A DNA stretch of 64,000 bases from Octopus vulgaris (GCA_951406725.2 OX597822.1:40300001-40364000); one strand, 5' to 3'. Positions 26,640 to 41,525 are shown, numbered from the stretch's first letter. Made by a program: numbers and translations. The notes: generated from the sequence alone by a model not told the origin.

Positions 26640-27435
26640 CAAACACAACCACCACCACTACTACAACCACGAAAACGGCAACAACGACGGCAATTCTAGA
26701 ACTAATAGCAGCAGTAATATTATTTCCATCGCCTTCACAAACACACCACTACCGCAACCACCACCACTGCCAGAATCACTACAATTACCAGAACTACCAC
26801 CACTACCACCACCATTGCCAGAATCACCACCACTGCAACCACTGCCACTACGATAACCACCACTACCACAACCACCACCACAACTGCCAGAATCATCACC
26901 ACAACTACAACTACCACCACCACAACTACCACTATTACCACAACAACCATCATTACCACAGCCACCACCACTGCCAGAATCACCACCACTACCCCAACCA
27001 CCACCACCACCACTACAACTACCACCATTACCACAGCCACCATTACCACAATAACCACTACTATAACCACAACCACCACCACTACCACCACGATCACCAC
27101 TACCACAACTATCACCACTATAGAACCACCATAACTACCAGAACTACCACCTCTACAGCTATAGAAACAGCACCAGCTGCAATACTACCACCATCATCAT
27201 TACAACCGCCGCCACCACAATCGATAAAACAATAGGAGCAGTAACACTACCACCACAACCACTGACACGACCACCACCAATGCCACAACATTCACCCCAG
27301 CAACAACAACGCAACCACAATTAACAACACAGCCGATTCCTCCACCACCACCACAACCACAACAAGACAGCACCACCACCAACAACATCTTCTCTGCCAT
27401 CACCAACATCATAACAGCCACATCTATTACTACTT
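26640..27435. repeat. (ACC/ACT)n tract with recurrent actgccagaatcacc units
   Basis: Directly visible. Confidence 0.9.
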
Positions 27436-28010
27436 AACATCATAAAGAACCATTAAATCCCAAACTATACTTCCTGTTCTATTATTTGAAAATGACAATA
27501 AGTCGTTTTCTCGACAATATTTTCACCTTTCTTTCTTCTCCAAATTAAACAAGAATTAGCCTGAATTTTAATGAAAAACTGACATTTCCTGTAGTCGATG
27601 CAACGGTTTCCCGCCTTTTCTATCTCCTCTCCTTCATTCCTTCTATTATTATCTCCTCTTACTTCGCCCCTCTCTTAACCGCCATCTTCCAAGTCTGCTT
27701 AATGCTTCTGTCAAACTGTAATAAATATATCCAGAGCTTTTCTAATCTCCTTCATTTTTAGCCGTTTCTTTTCTTTTCTTTTTTTCGTTTTCAGTTTTTA
27801 TTAATATTTACGAAATTCAATGGTTGTTAATTGAATAGGTCTTAAGTGTGTGCGTATGTATGTATATATGTGTACGAGTTAGTCTGCAAGTGAAATGAAA
27901 CGTCAGTATTGTATGTTATCAGTAAGCGTGCGTATGCACGAATATCTGTACATATAATTGTGTGTGTGTTTATAAAACTATACATCTTAAAATATCATCG
28001 TCTACACACA

Positions 28011-28085
<75 letters not shown>

Positions 28086-28258
28086 ATGTCTATCTATCTA
28101 TCTATCTATCTATCTGTTTGCCTGTTCGTCTGTCAACGTTTATGTCTCAATATTTGTCAATCTGTTTTATTTGTCTGTCCGTCTCTTTCTCTGTGTCTAC
28201 CTGTGGGTCAATCGCTTTGTCTGCCTATCTGTCTGCCAATCCCTTTGTCCGTCTGCCT

Positions 28259-28325
28259 GTCTACCACACTCTCTCTCTCTCGCTCTTTCTATGTATGTAC
28301 GTATGCATGTATGTATGTATGTATG

Positions 28326-28387
<62 letters not shown>

Positions 28388-28489
28388 CTGATTGGCCAAT
28401 ATACATATGTCTGTATTTCTGTCTACCACTCTCTCTCTCTCGCTCTTTCTATGTATGTACGTACGTATGCATGCATGTATGTATGTATG

Positions 28490-28543
<54 letters not shown>

Positions 28544-28567
28544 CTGATTGGCCAATATACATATGTG
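28259..28567. repeat. Tandem duplication of a ~160-nt compound microsatellite cassette
   Basis: ctacca..(CT)n cgctctttct (ATGT)n (ATCT)n actgattggccaatatacatatgt present twice. Confidence 0.85.
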
Positions 28568-29028
28568 TGAGTACATGTGAGTGAATATATACGTATCTGA
28601 GCATATGTGTGAGTGTGTATATATGTAAATCTTTATATCCATAATTTTATCTATATAAATAATGTCTGTTGTTCGTGTGCATTTCTGCGTTATCTCGATG
28701 AATACCTGTATTTATTTGTGTTTTTTTTTTTTTTGTGTGTATACATGTAAGCAAGTACCTGTGTGTTTATCCTCACAGCAGTGTGTATATGTAAATAAGA
28801 TGTGTTTTTATGTATAAAGGAATGACGTCATACGTTTCCGATTATCCTTTCTCTCTCTCCCCACTCTGTCTGTTTCTTTCTCTCTCTCCCTTCCTCTCTT
28901 GTTGGTGCTATTGTTTATATTAATGTAATCATCGTGATTATCAGCAGCAGCATCTTCATAATTTCTTTCACTTAAACCAACACCACCACCAGTAGTAGTA
29001 GCAGATATTATTATTATTATTATTATTA

Positions 29029-29140
29029 AGCCAAGGTCTTTGCCTTTCATCTTTTCGGGGTCGATAAATTAAGTACCAGTGATACATTGGGGTCCATGTA
29101 ATCGACTAGTTTCTTCCCCGTAAAACTTCAGGCCTTGTGT
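29029..29140 (+). mobile_element. SINE type B, 3' fragment
   Basis: tttgcctttcatcttttcggggtcgataaattaagtacc. Confidence 0.8.
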
Positions 29141-30278
29141 CTGGAATGGGATTTTGGACGCACAGAAGGACTGTGTTGGGCCAGTACAAAGAAGAAGGGG
29201 TGCAAAAGCCTCGAAAACCTACTCTTCCAATTGTCTGATAGATATTGACTGAATTTCCATGATGTGTCAGTGTGGACATGGAGCAACCACAATGTGTCAT
29301 CCAGATCGTATCTAGATAGAGTATTTGTTAGATCAGAGGATAGGCATAATGTAGGCCGTCCACAATTTAAATTGGTCTCCTACATAGACCAAAAGTTTGT
29401 GATCTACACAGTCGAGTTAAGTAGACAGACACCCGGTTACTGGAAGTTAAATGCGTCTTTTCCGACGTACAAAGACTATAGGGACCGGATTAATGAACTA
29501 CTTATGACATTTAACGGGGACAATCAACAACTGGCGGTGGGCCGCACTGAAGCGGCGATTAGAGGAGAATCGATAGCGTTTAGCAAAGAGTTAGCAATAG
29601 AAAGATATAAATTAGAGGCTGAACTAGTTGGCAAATTAGAAGAGGCGATTAAAGAGGGCATTACGACCGATGTATTAGCGGCGAGAATGACCCTTGACTA
29701 TTCCTTCAAAGCGAAACACGGAGGTTGCGTTGTCAGAGCTAAGGCCTGTGCACTCAAACAAGAAAGAAATGAAGTTGTCTGATGAGCCCGAGCGGTGGCG
29801 ACGCGACGTGGGAACGAAACCACAATCAGGTTTTTGACGGATCGGGATGGGCCCGTTTTCGCGGCTCCGAGCAGATGTGTGCGGCTTTTCAGCAGCACTT
29901 GGCGCAGGTGTTTGAAGAGGGTGATGGGTAAACGACGGAACTGGACTTTGGATCGTACCTAGACGGCTCGCTGCGGCTCTGGGCAGCTGACACGAGGTTT
30001 TGTGAAAGGCCGATAACAGGCACTGAAATTTGGGAGGCAATGAGTGAGTGCACAAGTCGCAGATCACCCGGTTTGGATGGTCTACCCTATGAATTCTAAG
30101 TATTCATGTCAGACTTGTTAAGCGATCTCTTGGCAGACGTCTACTGCAACTGGCAACAGAATGGAGAATTCGTAGTGCTGTTAGCAGATGGGTGGTGACA
30201 CTGCTGAGGAAGGACGGCAACAATGGGGACGTACAAGAGAGTTTTCAGCCCATAGCTCTGCTAAACACAAAGTTTAGG
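29140..30278 (+). mobile_element. Tx1/L1-clade LINE ORF2 relic (APE endonuclease end to RT start), disrupted
   Basis: WNGILD..., VWTWSN, SYLDRVFV, GYWKLNAS, RSPGLDGLPYEF*, VTLLRK...FQPIALLN are typical L1/Tx1 motifs; stops and frameshifts present. Confidence 0.88.
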
Positions 30279-30399
30279 TCGAGCAGAGGTAGCGAATGCT
30301 TACATCGCCTCCGTTATTATTTACCGCCTGGCCTTCGTGCCCTGTCTCGGTTATTACTTGAGCAGGTTAGAGTGTCTCTTATCTAGTTTGTAATGGAAG

Positions 30400-30856
30400 G
30401 GACACTGGTTCGATGTAATCGACTAGTTGCCTTCCCACAAATTTCAGGCCTTGTGCTTCCACTATTATTATTATTACTAGTTAAGTACTAGAGTTGACTA
30501 GCTCCTTTACTCCTATAAAAATTACTTATAGTGGAAATTGTTGTAACTGATATCAAATAAGTACCAGTTATGCACTGGGTCGATAAATTCGACTTAGCCC
30601 TTCGTTGAAGTTGCTGGCCTAGTACCAAAATGTAAAACTATTATGATTATTGTTAGTGGCGAGCTGGCATAATCGTTAGCCCCCCCTCCCCCCGGGCAAA
30701 ATGCTAAGCGGCATGTCGTCCGTCTTTGTTCTGAGTTCAAATTCCGCCAAAATCGACTTTGCATTTCACCCTTCTGGGTCGATAAAATAAGTACCCAGTA
30801 ATTGTTGGCCTTCTACCCAGTAATTGCTAGTTTTTGTGCCTTTAGTGGAAAGGATA
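30400..30856 (+). mobile_element. Cluster of SINE type B fragments
   Basis: B core and tail motifs near 30405, 30555 and 30657-30856. Confidence 0.75.
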
Positions 30857-30861
30857 ATAAT

Positions 30862-31059
30862 AATACTCTTTTACTTGTTTGTCATTTCACTGTGGCCATG
30901 CTGGAGCACCGCCCTTAGTAAATAGCTTACTTACGAACCACATGGTTCCGGGTTCAGTCCCACTGCGTGGCACCTTGGGCAAGTGTCTTCTACTATAGCC
31001 TCGGTCCGACCAAAGATTTGTGAGTGGATTTGGTTGACGGAAACTGAAAGAAGTCCGTC

Positions 31060-31123
<64 letters not shown>

Positions 31124-31313
31124 TTGTCCCGCCAACATTGCATGACAACCGATGCTGGTGTGTTTACGTCTTCTAACTTAGCTGTTCGGCAAAAGAGACC
31201 GATAGAATAAGTACTAGACTTACAAAGAATAAGTCCTGGGGTCGATTTGCTCGACTAGAGGCGGTGCTCCAGCATGGCCACAGTCACATGACTGAAATAA
31301 GTAAAAGAGTATT
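30862..31313 (+). mobile_element. SINE type A capped at its 5' end by an inverted copy of an A tail
   Basis: 30862-30913 is the reverse complement of 31260-31313; body 30917-31313. Confidence 0.88.
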
Positions 31314-31769
31314 CTCCGTCGTCGTATTGTCATCTCTTCGTCTTTATAGAAAGCACTCCATTTCTTCTCCTTCATTTACTACTACTACTACTACTACTGC
31401 TACTGCTGCTGCTGCTGCAACTAGCATCTTCCCCTGTGCCATTATCTTTTATTTAAAACTTAATTGTCCGAAAGTAAAAATATTTTGAGATGGTGCAAAG
31501 AGTGACAAGTGTAGTTGAGTTGAAATGGAGGAGGAGGAAGGAGAGAGAGAGAGAGAGTATAACAAAAGGAAGCAGTTAAAGAGAAAAATGTGTGAGGGGT
31601 GTGGTAGAATATGGGGGAATAAATACGCATTATGAAGATAAAGAGACACAAAGACAGGGACAATACAGATATAAACATACACTGAGTACACGTGTGTATG
31701 TATGTATGTATGTATGTATGTACGTGTATATATATATATATATATATATACATATACGTGCATACATAA

Positions 31770-31811
<42 letters not shown>

Positions 31812-31994
31812 ATTCATACTCACATATACATATGTGCAATGAGAGAGAGAAAAAGATGTTGGGAGATGCAAACTGAGGGAGAAAAATTATATCGATAGCT
31901 ATTTACTATGAAGGCGAAAATAATTTTTTTGTGTGAAAAGCCATTAGCAAGAGGCTCAATAAAACTGAAACGAGTCAGATTTAGAGTGGTAATA

Positions 31995-33680
31995 TCATAA
32001 TATATACAATAATATATTCATATTTACACATTCACATACACACATATATATATGTATATACATACATGACTATATATATGTATATACATACATAACTATA
32101 TATATATACATAACTATATATATATATACATAAATATATATTTACAGTTATATAAATATATATATATTTATTTATAAATATATATGTATATATTTGTATA
32201 TATTTATATATATATATATATATGTATATATATACATAAATATATATACACACATATATACATATACATACTTATACATATATATACACACATATACACA
32301 AATATATATATATATATGCATATATATATATATATATATCTATATATATATGTATATATATCTATATATGTATATATATATGTATATATATATGTATATA
32401 TAATCATATACTTCTGCTAATATGAAGAGACACTTGAAAATATAATTTTCTCTTCGAATTCGTAACGGTACTTATAAATACAGATCTCTCCCTCTTTCCT
32501 TCTCTCTCTCTCCCTCTTTCCTTCTCTCTCTCACCCTCTTTCCTTCTCTCTCTCTCTGTCTTTCTTTCTTTCCTTTCTTTCTTTCAGTGTGCGGTCGTGA
32601 GTGAGTGAGAGGTGGAGAGAGAATTAGAGAATTAATGTGAAGCAAACATATTTAAATTTATACTTCTATAGTTTTTAATTTTGTGAAGTATTATTTAATA
32701 ATTTACTACATCTTAACAATATATGTATGTATGTGCGTATGTATGTATGTATGTGCGTATGTATGTATGTATGTGCGTATGTATGTGCGTATGTATGTAT
32801 GTATGTATGTATGTATGTGCGTATGTATATATGATTGTATATATATGTATGTATTGTGTATATGATTGTATATGTATGTATTGTATATATATATATATAT
32901 ATGTATATATTGTATATATATATGTATATATGTATGTATTGTATATATATATATATATATATGTATATATTGTATATATATATATATATATATGTATATA
33001 TTGTATATATATATATGTATATATATGTATGTATTGTATATATATATATATGTATATATGTATGTATTGTATATATATGTATATATGTATGTATTGTATA
33101 TATATGTATATATATATGTATTGTATATATATGTATATATGTATGTATTGTATATATATGTATATATGTATGTATTGCATATATATGTATGTATGTATTG
33201 TATATATGTATGCATGTATGTATTGTATATATGTATATATGTATGCATGTATGTATTGTATGTATATGTATATATATATATGCATGTATATATGTATGCA
33301 TGTATATATGTATGCATATGTATGTATGTATGTATTGTATGTATATGTATATATATATGCATGTATATATGTATGCATATGTATGTATATGTATATATAT
33401 ATGCATGTATATATGTATGCATATGTATGTATATGTATATATATATGCATGTATATATGTATGCATATGTATGTATGTATGTATATATATGCATGTATGT
33501 GTGTATATATATGCATGTATGTGTATATATATATATATGTATGTATATAGGTATGTATATATACGTACATAGCTTAAGCTTCGTGCAATGGCCAGACTCG
33601 ATAACGAGGGGGCAGCCACCATATATACGTACGTATGTATATTTATATATATATATATAATCTATCTATCTATATATAGC
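31995..33680. repeat. Large (TA)n/(TATG)n compound microsatellite fields (31995-32410, 32718-33680)
   Basis: Directly visible, with local higher-order units such as tatgtatgtattg. Confidence 0.95.
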
Positions 33681-34534
33681 TTTAAATATAAATAAAATCC
33701 CTGTTAGTCGCTCTATGCAAGTTTATCGAACGAATGACATACATAGTTTTGTTGATGGAATTTATAGTTAACAATGAGGGAGACTGTTTTCTAAGATCAG
33801 GTATAGAAATTTCGTATTACATTGAAAAGGGTGAGGAATTTGTATAGAGTATAAATTGTGGTGAGAGAGTGGAAAGGTAGACTACATAATATTCTGTATT
33901 TTGGTACGACGAGAAATGATGTAATTGTATGAAGGATTGTAAGAAAAATATCGCTATAAAATAGTGTGAAGGTAAAGTAGAGTGCTTAATTCGCTGAGAA
34001 AATTTGTATACCTCCAACATTACATATTACTTGTAATTAATACAAAAGAGGAGATATTTAAAATGAAGTCCATTTGGGGATCTGCTAAAAACAGTCTCAC
34101 ATCCGGTTGTTCGTTGTTTTTAAAGTGAATTGCTTACGTACATTGCATTTGCAGAGGTATGCCTAACAATATTTAGTCATTATTAGCTCTTACATTTCTG
34201 GAAGAAAGAGTAATTTGTAATGGCAGCAGGCCAACATACCAGTTCATCAGTCATAAACTTTGTGTGTACATGAAGTAGGAAAAGGGGAAATGTTGGGAAA
34301 AGGCAAACCAATACGAAGGAGAAAAAGTGAGAGACGAAGAAAGAAATGATGGAAAAGAAGGAAAAAGGGCACGCATGAACATACGCACACAGATTCTCTC
34401 TCACGCACGCACGCACACACTTTTTCTGTAGGTTAATAAGGCTACCAATGGTTTCATGCAGAGAGATCTCTCAACAATTATCAAGCTTGCCACATGGGAA
34501 CTTGCTACTTGCCTCCATACTGAATGAGAATATA

Positions 34535-34720
34535 TACATGTGCGTGTGTGTGTTTATGTTTGTGTTTTCCGTTACTTAGCGGCTTGGCATAAGAAACCGA
34601 TGTAATAAGTACTAGACTGACAAAGAATGAGTCCTGGGGTCGATTTCCTATATTAAAACTTTTGAAGGCGGTGCTCCAGCATGGTCAGTCAAATGAATGA
34701 AGTGCGTAATAGAGAATACA
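34535..34720 (+). mobile_element. SINE type A, 3' half
   Basis: acttagcgg...gtcctggggtcgat...ggcggtgctccagcatgg. Confidence 0.8.
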
Positions 34721-34913
34721 TGTGTCGATGTGTCTCTGTAGAGAGATAGGTAAATTTTTGCAGGTGTATGATTGATTATGGAAGTCAGCTCATTATTAAG
34801 TACGATGTTCATTAATGAACCGCAAAGGGAAGTATTTTCTACTGAGCTAATGATCCGAAGCTTTTGTCACAGATATGATATAACTGCCTATACTCGGTTA
34901 AATAAAGAAATAG

Positions 34914-35210
34914 ATTTCTTTATTGGCCACGCAGGGCTAAACACAGCAGGGACAAAATACAAAGAATTTTTCCTTTTAGGAAGAAGAGAAGGGGAAAAAA
35001 TAATATGGGGGCGAATTCCGATTAAAAGGGGTCGTGAAAGGAAACAAAAGTGAGGGGCGAATTCTGATCAAAGGGAATCGTGAAAAAAAGTGGGGCCGAT
35101 CAATAGGGATCGTGTATCGCAGAAATGTCAATGTAAAAAGGGAAAACAGATTAGGTTTGTCCGTGGATAGAAAAGCCTACGTAAAAGACCACGGGAACCT
35201 TGGGCAATTG
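34914..35210 (-). mobile_element. Retroelement 3' end sharing the SINE B tail variant i
   Basis: Minus strand ends ttgtccctgctgtgtttagccctgcgtggccaataaagaaat; the upstream body has short internal repeats and is unrelated to B. Confidence 0.6.
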
Positions 35211-36685
35211 TGTCATGCAAAAAGAAAACACATTACAGTAAGTGGGTCTCTTTTTATCCTTCTTTTTCTTTTGGTTCATAGGATTATGCTCAAGCTGGCA
35301 TAGTTGAATGTAATACGGAATCATGACAGCTTGCCTTCTGTACAGAAAGCCAGTCGTCTTTTAACACTGCTATTTGAAAAACAACAGATATGTGCCCTTG
35401 CAGGTTACAACGATCTGTTGTAATTAACTTGCTTTCGTACATGTATCCTCGAGAAGTCAACAAGACCAGCCTTTGATAGAAAAACTCAGACACAGGTTGA
35501 ACATTTGAAGATATTATTGATACCTATAGGGTATCCTTTCCTTGCATCTCATTTCAATTTTGCACGTTTAATTCGATTTCCTTCAAAATACATTGACGAC
35601 TCGCGTCTACAGCTTCTCCATGATGTACTATCGATTCCAATTAATTTCCCAACTTTCAATATTCAATATTACATTTTTTTCTGATTAAATGTAAAGTAGT
35701 CTTTCCATCTTTAGTTTATAAAGTGTCTATTTTACAAAGCCTAATTTCCCTTTCGTCAAGAACACACACACACATACACACACACATACACACGCACACA
35801 CACACACATACACACATACACACACACACACAAACACACACACGAATACATAGTCACACATGCGTACGCACAGGCACCTATCTCCGCATTTGGCTGTTTG
35901 TCTATCAATATATATGACAGCATACCTGCATATTTACTGCACGCATTTACATACGCGCTCGAGCGCGTGTGTATGAGTTTGTGTGTTTACCTAACTATTC
36001 CTGATCAATACAATTATTTACCTACTTCCATCCCTCCCTATCAATTAACCTAACTGCACACCAAACAATCTACTTATCTACCTCGCTACCTACATACTTC
36101 CTAACTATCTTTCTACCTGTCTTCTTAGCCATCCAACTACATCTCCACGATCTTACTTAACTACCTACATTTCTCCCTCTGTACCTACCTATCTACTTAC
36201 CTATACACCTACCCGTCTTCCCAACTGCTTACCTACCATCTCAGTTGCTTACGTACCTTTCTCCCTAGCTTGCTACCTGCCCACCCTTCTGCTAACCTAC
36301 CTACCACTCTGTATCGATCTCTCCCAATATCACCGAATATCTAAACAATTTAATTTGTATTGTATTAGATCTACTTCAATTTCAAGTGTTTTCTATCAGT
36401 TGCTATTCCATTTTCATCCATTAAACCTAATGTAATGTATTCTTGTCTTTACCGACATCTAGCGGTTGTCTCTGTTACAAATCTTATTTAACGTATTTCT
36501 GTAGCTGTCGCCATCTTGCGGCGCTCTCTGTCACACATCTACACCCATCGCCATCAAATTTTACAATACCTTCGAATATTTTGAATCTTTGGTGTTTGGA
36601 AATGGAAGCGTTTCTTTGTTTTACCACTTAAACAAACAAAACATCTACACACAAGCACAAAGAGTTTTGGTTGAATCTTCAAAAC

Positions 36686-36745
<60 letters not shown>

Positions 36746-37576
36746 AATATGTTTATGATTACGCCTACGTTTTAGTTTTGCGAGAGTATACATACGTGTG
36801 AACATGTTTGTGTAGCTGTGTATATGCGTGTGTATAGCTGTGTATATTTGTATGTATATCTGTGTACGTATAACATTTAACAGCAAGTGAGTGTTATTCT
36901 GTATGTGTCGATATGCATTTAATGTTTCTGTGTGTGTGTATGTCTGTCTGAGCGTAATTTTGTGTATGATTATATGACTGTGTATTTATGTGTGCATAAC
37001 AGTATGAAATGTGTATTTGTGGGTTGCTATGTATATATGTGTGTGTGTGTGTGTGTGTATCGGTTGTGTATTTTGTATGTACATATGTAACGTTGCGTAT
37101 ATATATGTGTGTATGAGTAATGTGGTGTATATATATATATGTATAATATACTTAATCTTTGTTTCTGATTTTGAATTTTGATAAAATAAGATAGTCAGCC
37201 TACTGATGCTGTTTAAACCAATGTTAGATCTAATCAAACATACCCAAGATCAAAGCCTGCCAACCATGCCCATCTCATCGTTTTTCTTGACAAAAGGTTC
37301 AAGAGTATATTATCCATAAAATCATACTTTTTAACATTAATATCTTGTTTGGTCGCTATTTCTAGCAGGTAGAGAGACCACCAAGATGCTTTCTACGTTG
37401 GCTGGTATTATGCTATTACTTATTGTCATTGACATCATCAAGAAGAGAAAAATGTTATTTCACCCCCAATGAGATTTGAACTAAACACCTTGTTATATCA
37501 TTAGTCAAACACAAACTTTTATTTAAATGGTCAGTCTTTACTCATGAAACTCTGCTATTTTTCTAACACCAACATG

Positions 37577-37858
37577 TTTGGAGTCACGTGGTGTAGTGGT
37601 TAGAGCAGCAGACTCGCGGTCGAGGGATCGCGGGTTCGAATCACAGACCGGGCGGAACACTTAAGCTCCACGTGGCTCCGGCATAAGCTGATGGCGAACT
37701 CTTGCTGACTCTTTCGCTACATCTTCCTCTCACTTTTTCCTCCTGCAGCTAGCAGCTCACCTGTGACGAATCGGCGTCTCGCCCAGGTGGGAAACCTATA
37801 CGCCAATGAAACCAGGAAACCGGCCGTTAGGAGCCAGGCATAGCTCCAGAAGGAAGAA
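37577..37858 (+). mobile_element. SINE: C head with V-domain-like tail, with TSD
   Basis: TSD ctaacaccaacat (37563-37575) / ctagcaccaacat (37859-37871). Confidence 0.85.
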
Positions 37859-37937
37859 CTAGCACCAACATATAAGATCGAATATCGAGCTATTGTCTGA
37901 TTTCCTGACAACCATATATAGCTGCTGTGCTTTTTTA

Positions 37938-38375
37938 AGACGGCGTGCTGGCAGAACCGTTAGCACGCCGGACAAAATGCTTGGTGGCATTTCGTCTGCC
38001 TTTACGTTCTGAGTTTAAATGCCACCGAAGCTGACTTCGACTATCATTCTTTCTGGGTCGATGTAATTGATAAGCTCCTTCCCCCAAAATTTCAGGCCCT
38101 GTATCTGCAGCTGCAGCAAACAGGATTATCAGTTAGTTTCTGTTTCATTAATTATTTACAGAATTGTTAAATATTAGTTTCAAATTTTTGCACAAGGCTA
38201 GCAATTTTAAGCGAGAGGTTAAGTCGATTACATTGACCTCAATGCTCAAGTGGCACTTATTTCATCGACGCCTAAGGGATGAAAGGCAAGGTCGACCTCA
38301 GCAGCATGTGAACTCAGAGGAAAAGACTGATGAAATGCTTCAAATCATTTTGTCCATCGTGCTAACGATTTTGTC
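37938..38375. mobile_element. Two SINE type B copies in inverted orientation (37938-38128 +; 38175-38375 -)
   Basis: B head on + followed by reverse-complement B core. Confidence 0.75.
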
Positions 38376-39039
38376 TCAGAAAAATGTAAGATATTGGAAG
38401 ATTTGAACTTTACAACGTGTGTTTCATTCGAAGTGAAGCCTTGGTGGGGACTAAACCTCTGTAGTATTCGTTAGATAAGTAATGGGAGACAGGGTCCTGT
38501 GTTGTTGAAGGTGTTTAGACTAGAGGGCAACACTGGAGCTAGTATAGTGTCGACATTCACCTTGGAATCAAGCCACGTTTAACCTGTGAATCTCCAGAAT
38601 CATGATGATGAGTTGTAGTAGGACCACGAGTACGAACTTCCATCGGGCATGTTTACTGACATTCCGGCTTTGACCATATCAGAAACTATATTGTGCAATG
38701 TGTCCTTCATTTCTAAGAGAGTTGTGCATGATTTGAAAGAAATTTTGATGCTATTTCTAGCAAAATCAAACGACCACACGGTACCCACATTATTGGTTCG
38801 TCATGATGAGGGTGATTGTTGAGGTCATTACTTTGTCTCGGGTCATGGTTTAACAAACCAATAATCAAATGTCCCCCAGCCATAAGCATACTCATCACTT
38901 TCGCACGAACTCTCTGAAACAATATTCATTATGCCATTGGTCATGATTTAAGGAGGATTTAACTGCTATTTCTAGTAGACAATCTCTTAAGTGGTTCTCT
39001 ATGGTTTTAGTGGAGGTAAAATAACATAAAATTACTTGA

Positions 39040-39154
39040 GGTGCTTCGTGGAGCTTTAGGTGTTTTCGCTCAAACACTCACAACGGCCGGTCTGGGAATC
39101 GAAACCGCAATTCTGTGACCGCGAGTCCGCTGCCCCAACCGCTGGGCCATTGCG

Positions 39155-39157
<3 letters not shown>
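39040..39157 (-). mobile_element. SINE type C head
   Basis: Reverse complement of 12411-12530. Confidence 0.85.
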
Positions 39158-39189
<32 letters not shown>

Positions 39190-39196
39190 GTATATA

Positions 39197-39261
<65 letters not shown>

Positions 39262-39262
<1 letters not shown>

Positions 39263-39426
39263 TAGTGAGAGTGGCTGTGTGGTAAGTAGCTTGCTTAGCA
39301 ACCATATGGTTACGGGTTCATTCCCACTGCGTGGCATCTTGAGCAAGTGTCTTCTACTATAGCCTCGGGCCGACCAAAGCCTTGTGAGTGAATTTGGTAG
39401 TCGGGAACTGAAAGAAGCCCGTCGTA

Positions 39427-39471
<45 letters not shown>

Positions 39472-39673
39472 GTGTTCATTCCCCCCACCATCGCTTGATA
39501 GTTGATGTTGGTGTGTTTACGTCCCCGTAACTTAGCAGTTCGGCAAAAGAAACCGATAGAATAATTACTAGGCTTGCAAAGAATAAGTCCTGGGGTTGAC
39601 TTGTTCGTCTAAAAGGCGGTGCTCCAGCATGACCACAATCAAATGATTGAAACAAGTAAACGAATAAAAGAGT
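39262..39673 (+). mobile_element. SINE type A, full length
   Basis: Matches 54796-55207. Confidence 0.92.
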
Positions 39674-40014
39674 ATGACGCCTGTTGTTGTGTCTTGCTAT
39701 TATGATTATTATTGTTTTTTTTGCATTTATATTCGTATTATTATTATTATTATTATTTTTATTTATATTCGTGTAACATCGTCCGTTTTTCTGTCCTTGT
39801 TTCGTACATATTCGTTCCTTTTTTCGAGGAAGCTAATGCTGTTAGCTTAGTTTTCCTTGAAGCTGGTCAGATTGGAGCAATCTCAAGATTAATCAGTCGA
39901 AATTGCGAGGATGATCCGGTTCTTGACTGAAGATTAAAGGCTTCGGATGACCTGTCCGTGATTTTTGCATCGTCTGTTTGGATGTTTTGCGTTCTTGTCT
40001 CATTTTGTATTGAT

Positions 40015-40094
<80 letters not shown>

Positions 40095-40666
40095 GAAAGC
40101 AAGAGAGGTGACACAGAGAAGTTTATTACATAACCTTTGTTTTCCCAGTGTCATCTCTTTTTATTACCATTCTATAATCAACTAACACATTGTTCTGAAC
40201 CAAATGTATCTTGAGTTCTACTCGAAGTTATTATTCTTGCGATACCTGAGGGAAATATCTATCTAGATAGATATAGAGAGGGAGACAGAAGGATAGAGAT
40301 AGTAACTCTCAGATGCCAACACGGACTTCAATATCAAGAGTATATACAGCAACTATCTAATTTTCCGCAGATTTTCCTTTGCCTTCGAAACTACGAAATT
40401 AAAGCAAAATTTCCTTGGGATTCTTAAATATGCACTTCGAGTATTTTTTTTTCTTTTGTGTGTCTCTGATCAACAATTCGTAGAAGGTTACATTGAAAAC
40501 AGAGCAGCTCCGACGAATTCATTGATCTCCGAATTGATAAGCTGTGTACATTGAAAATCCTAACAAAACATTTGATCTAGATATTCACAGAGAAGGTATG
40601 AATAACACAGAACATGAATAAATTTTAGTTTCAATAGATGTTTAACTAATTGCTAACATTTTATAA

Positions 40667-40832
40667 AGGCGCAGGAGTGGCTTTGTAGTAAGTATCTTGC
40701 TTACCAGCCACATGGTTCCGAGTTCTGTCCCACTGAGTGGCACTTTGGAGAAGTGTCTTCTACTGTAGCCTCGGCCCGACCAAGGCCTTGTGAGTGGATT
40801 TGGTAGACGCGGATACTGAAAGTATCCCGTCG

Positions 40833-40875
<43 letters not shown>

Positions 40876-41085
40876 TTGTATGTCTGTGTTTGTCCCCCCA
40901 ACATCGCTTGACAACCGATGCTGGTGTTTTTACGTCACCGTATCCTAGCGGTTCGGCAAAAGAGACCGATAGAATAAGTATTAGGCTTGCAAAAAAAAGA
41001 AAAAGTCCTGCGGTCGATTTGCTAGACTAAAGGCGGTGCTCCAGCATGGCCGCAGTCAAATGACTGAAATAAGTAACAGAGTAAC
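40667..41085 (+). mobile_element. SINE type A, full length
   Basis: Matches 54796-55207. Confidence 0.92.
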
Positions 41086-41525
41086 TGGAATAATGATAAA
41101 AGTTATTTTTCTTTAATGTATAGTATTTTTCTCCGCTATACATAAATCACACTCTTATTCGTATTAGAAGATCCACGTTTCTTTATTACCACTGCGGTAC
41201 CGAATAGGTCAGCATTTAAATTCAATCCGTTCTTCATATGATGCCTTTCGACATGAACCCTCACCACTCATTATATTTATTAATAAACTTACGTGGGTGT
41301 TATTGATAATATAATATACACATACACATTCAAGTACATACATCTATAAATGTGCACGCATGCATGATTCTGTGTACATAAAATTTATTAGCAGATATTT
41401 CCATCTAGTTTTATCTATAGTGCTTCGTTGAAACGATTAAATTTTTTCTGTTACTTTTCTTTTTCATTCTCAATTGGTATTTATATCCATGCTCGCTCCC
41501 GATCCGTTCGTTTCTTATCTCTCCC

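Noticed and set aside
29772-29830. CTGATGAG...CGAAAC on the plus strand
   Set aside because: Lies inside the Tx1 ORF2 relic; no helix III with an NUH site and no helix I; probably chance.
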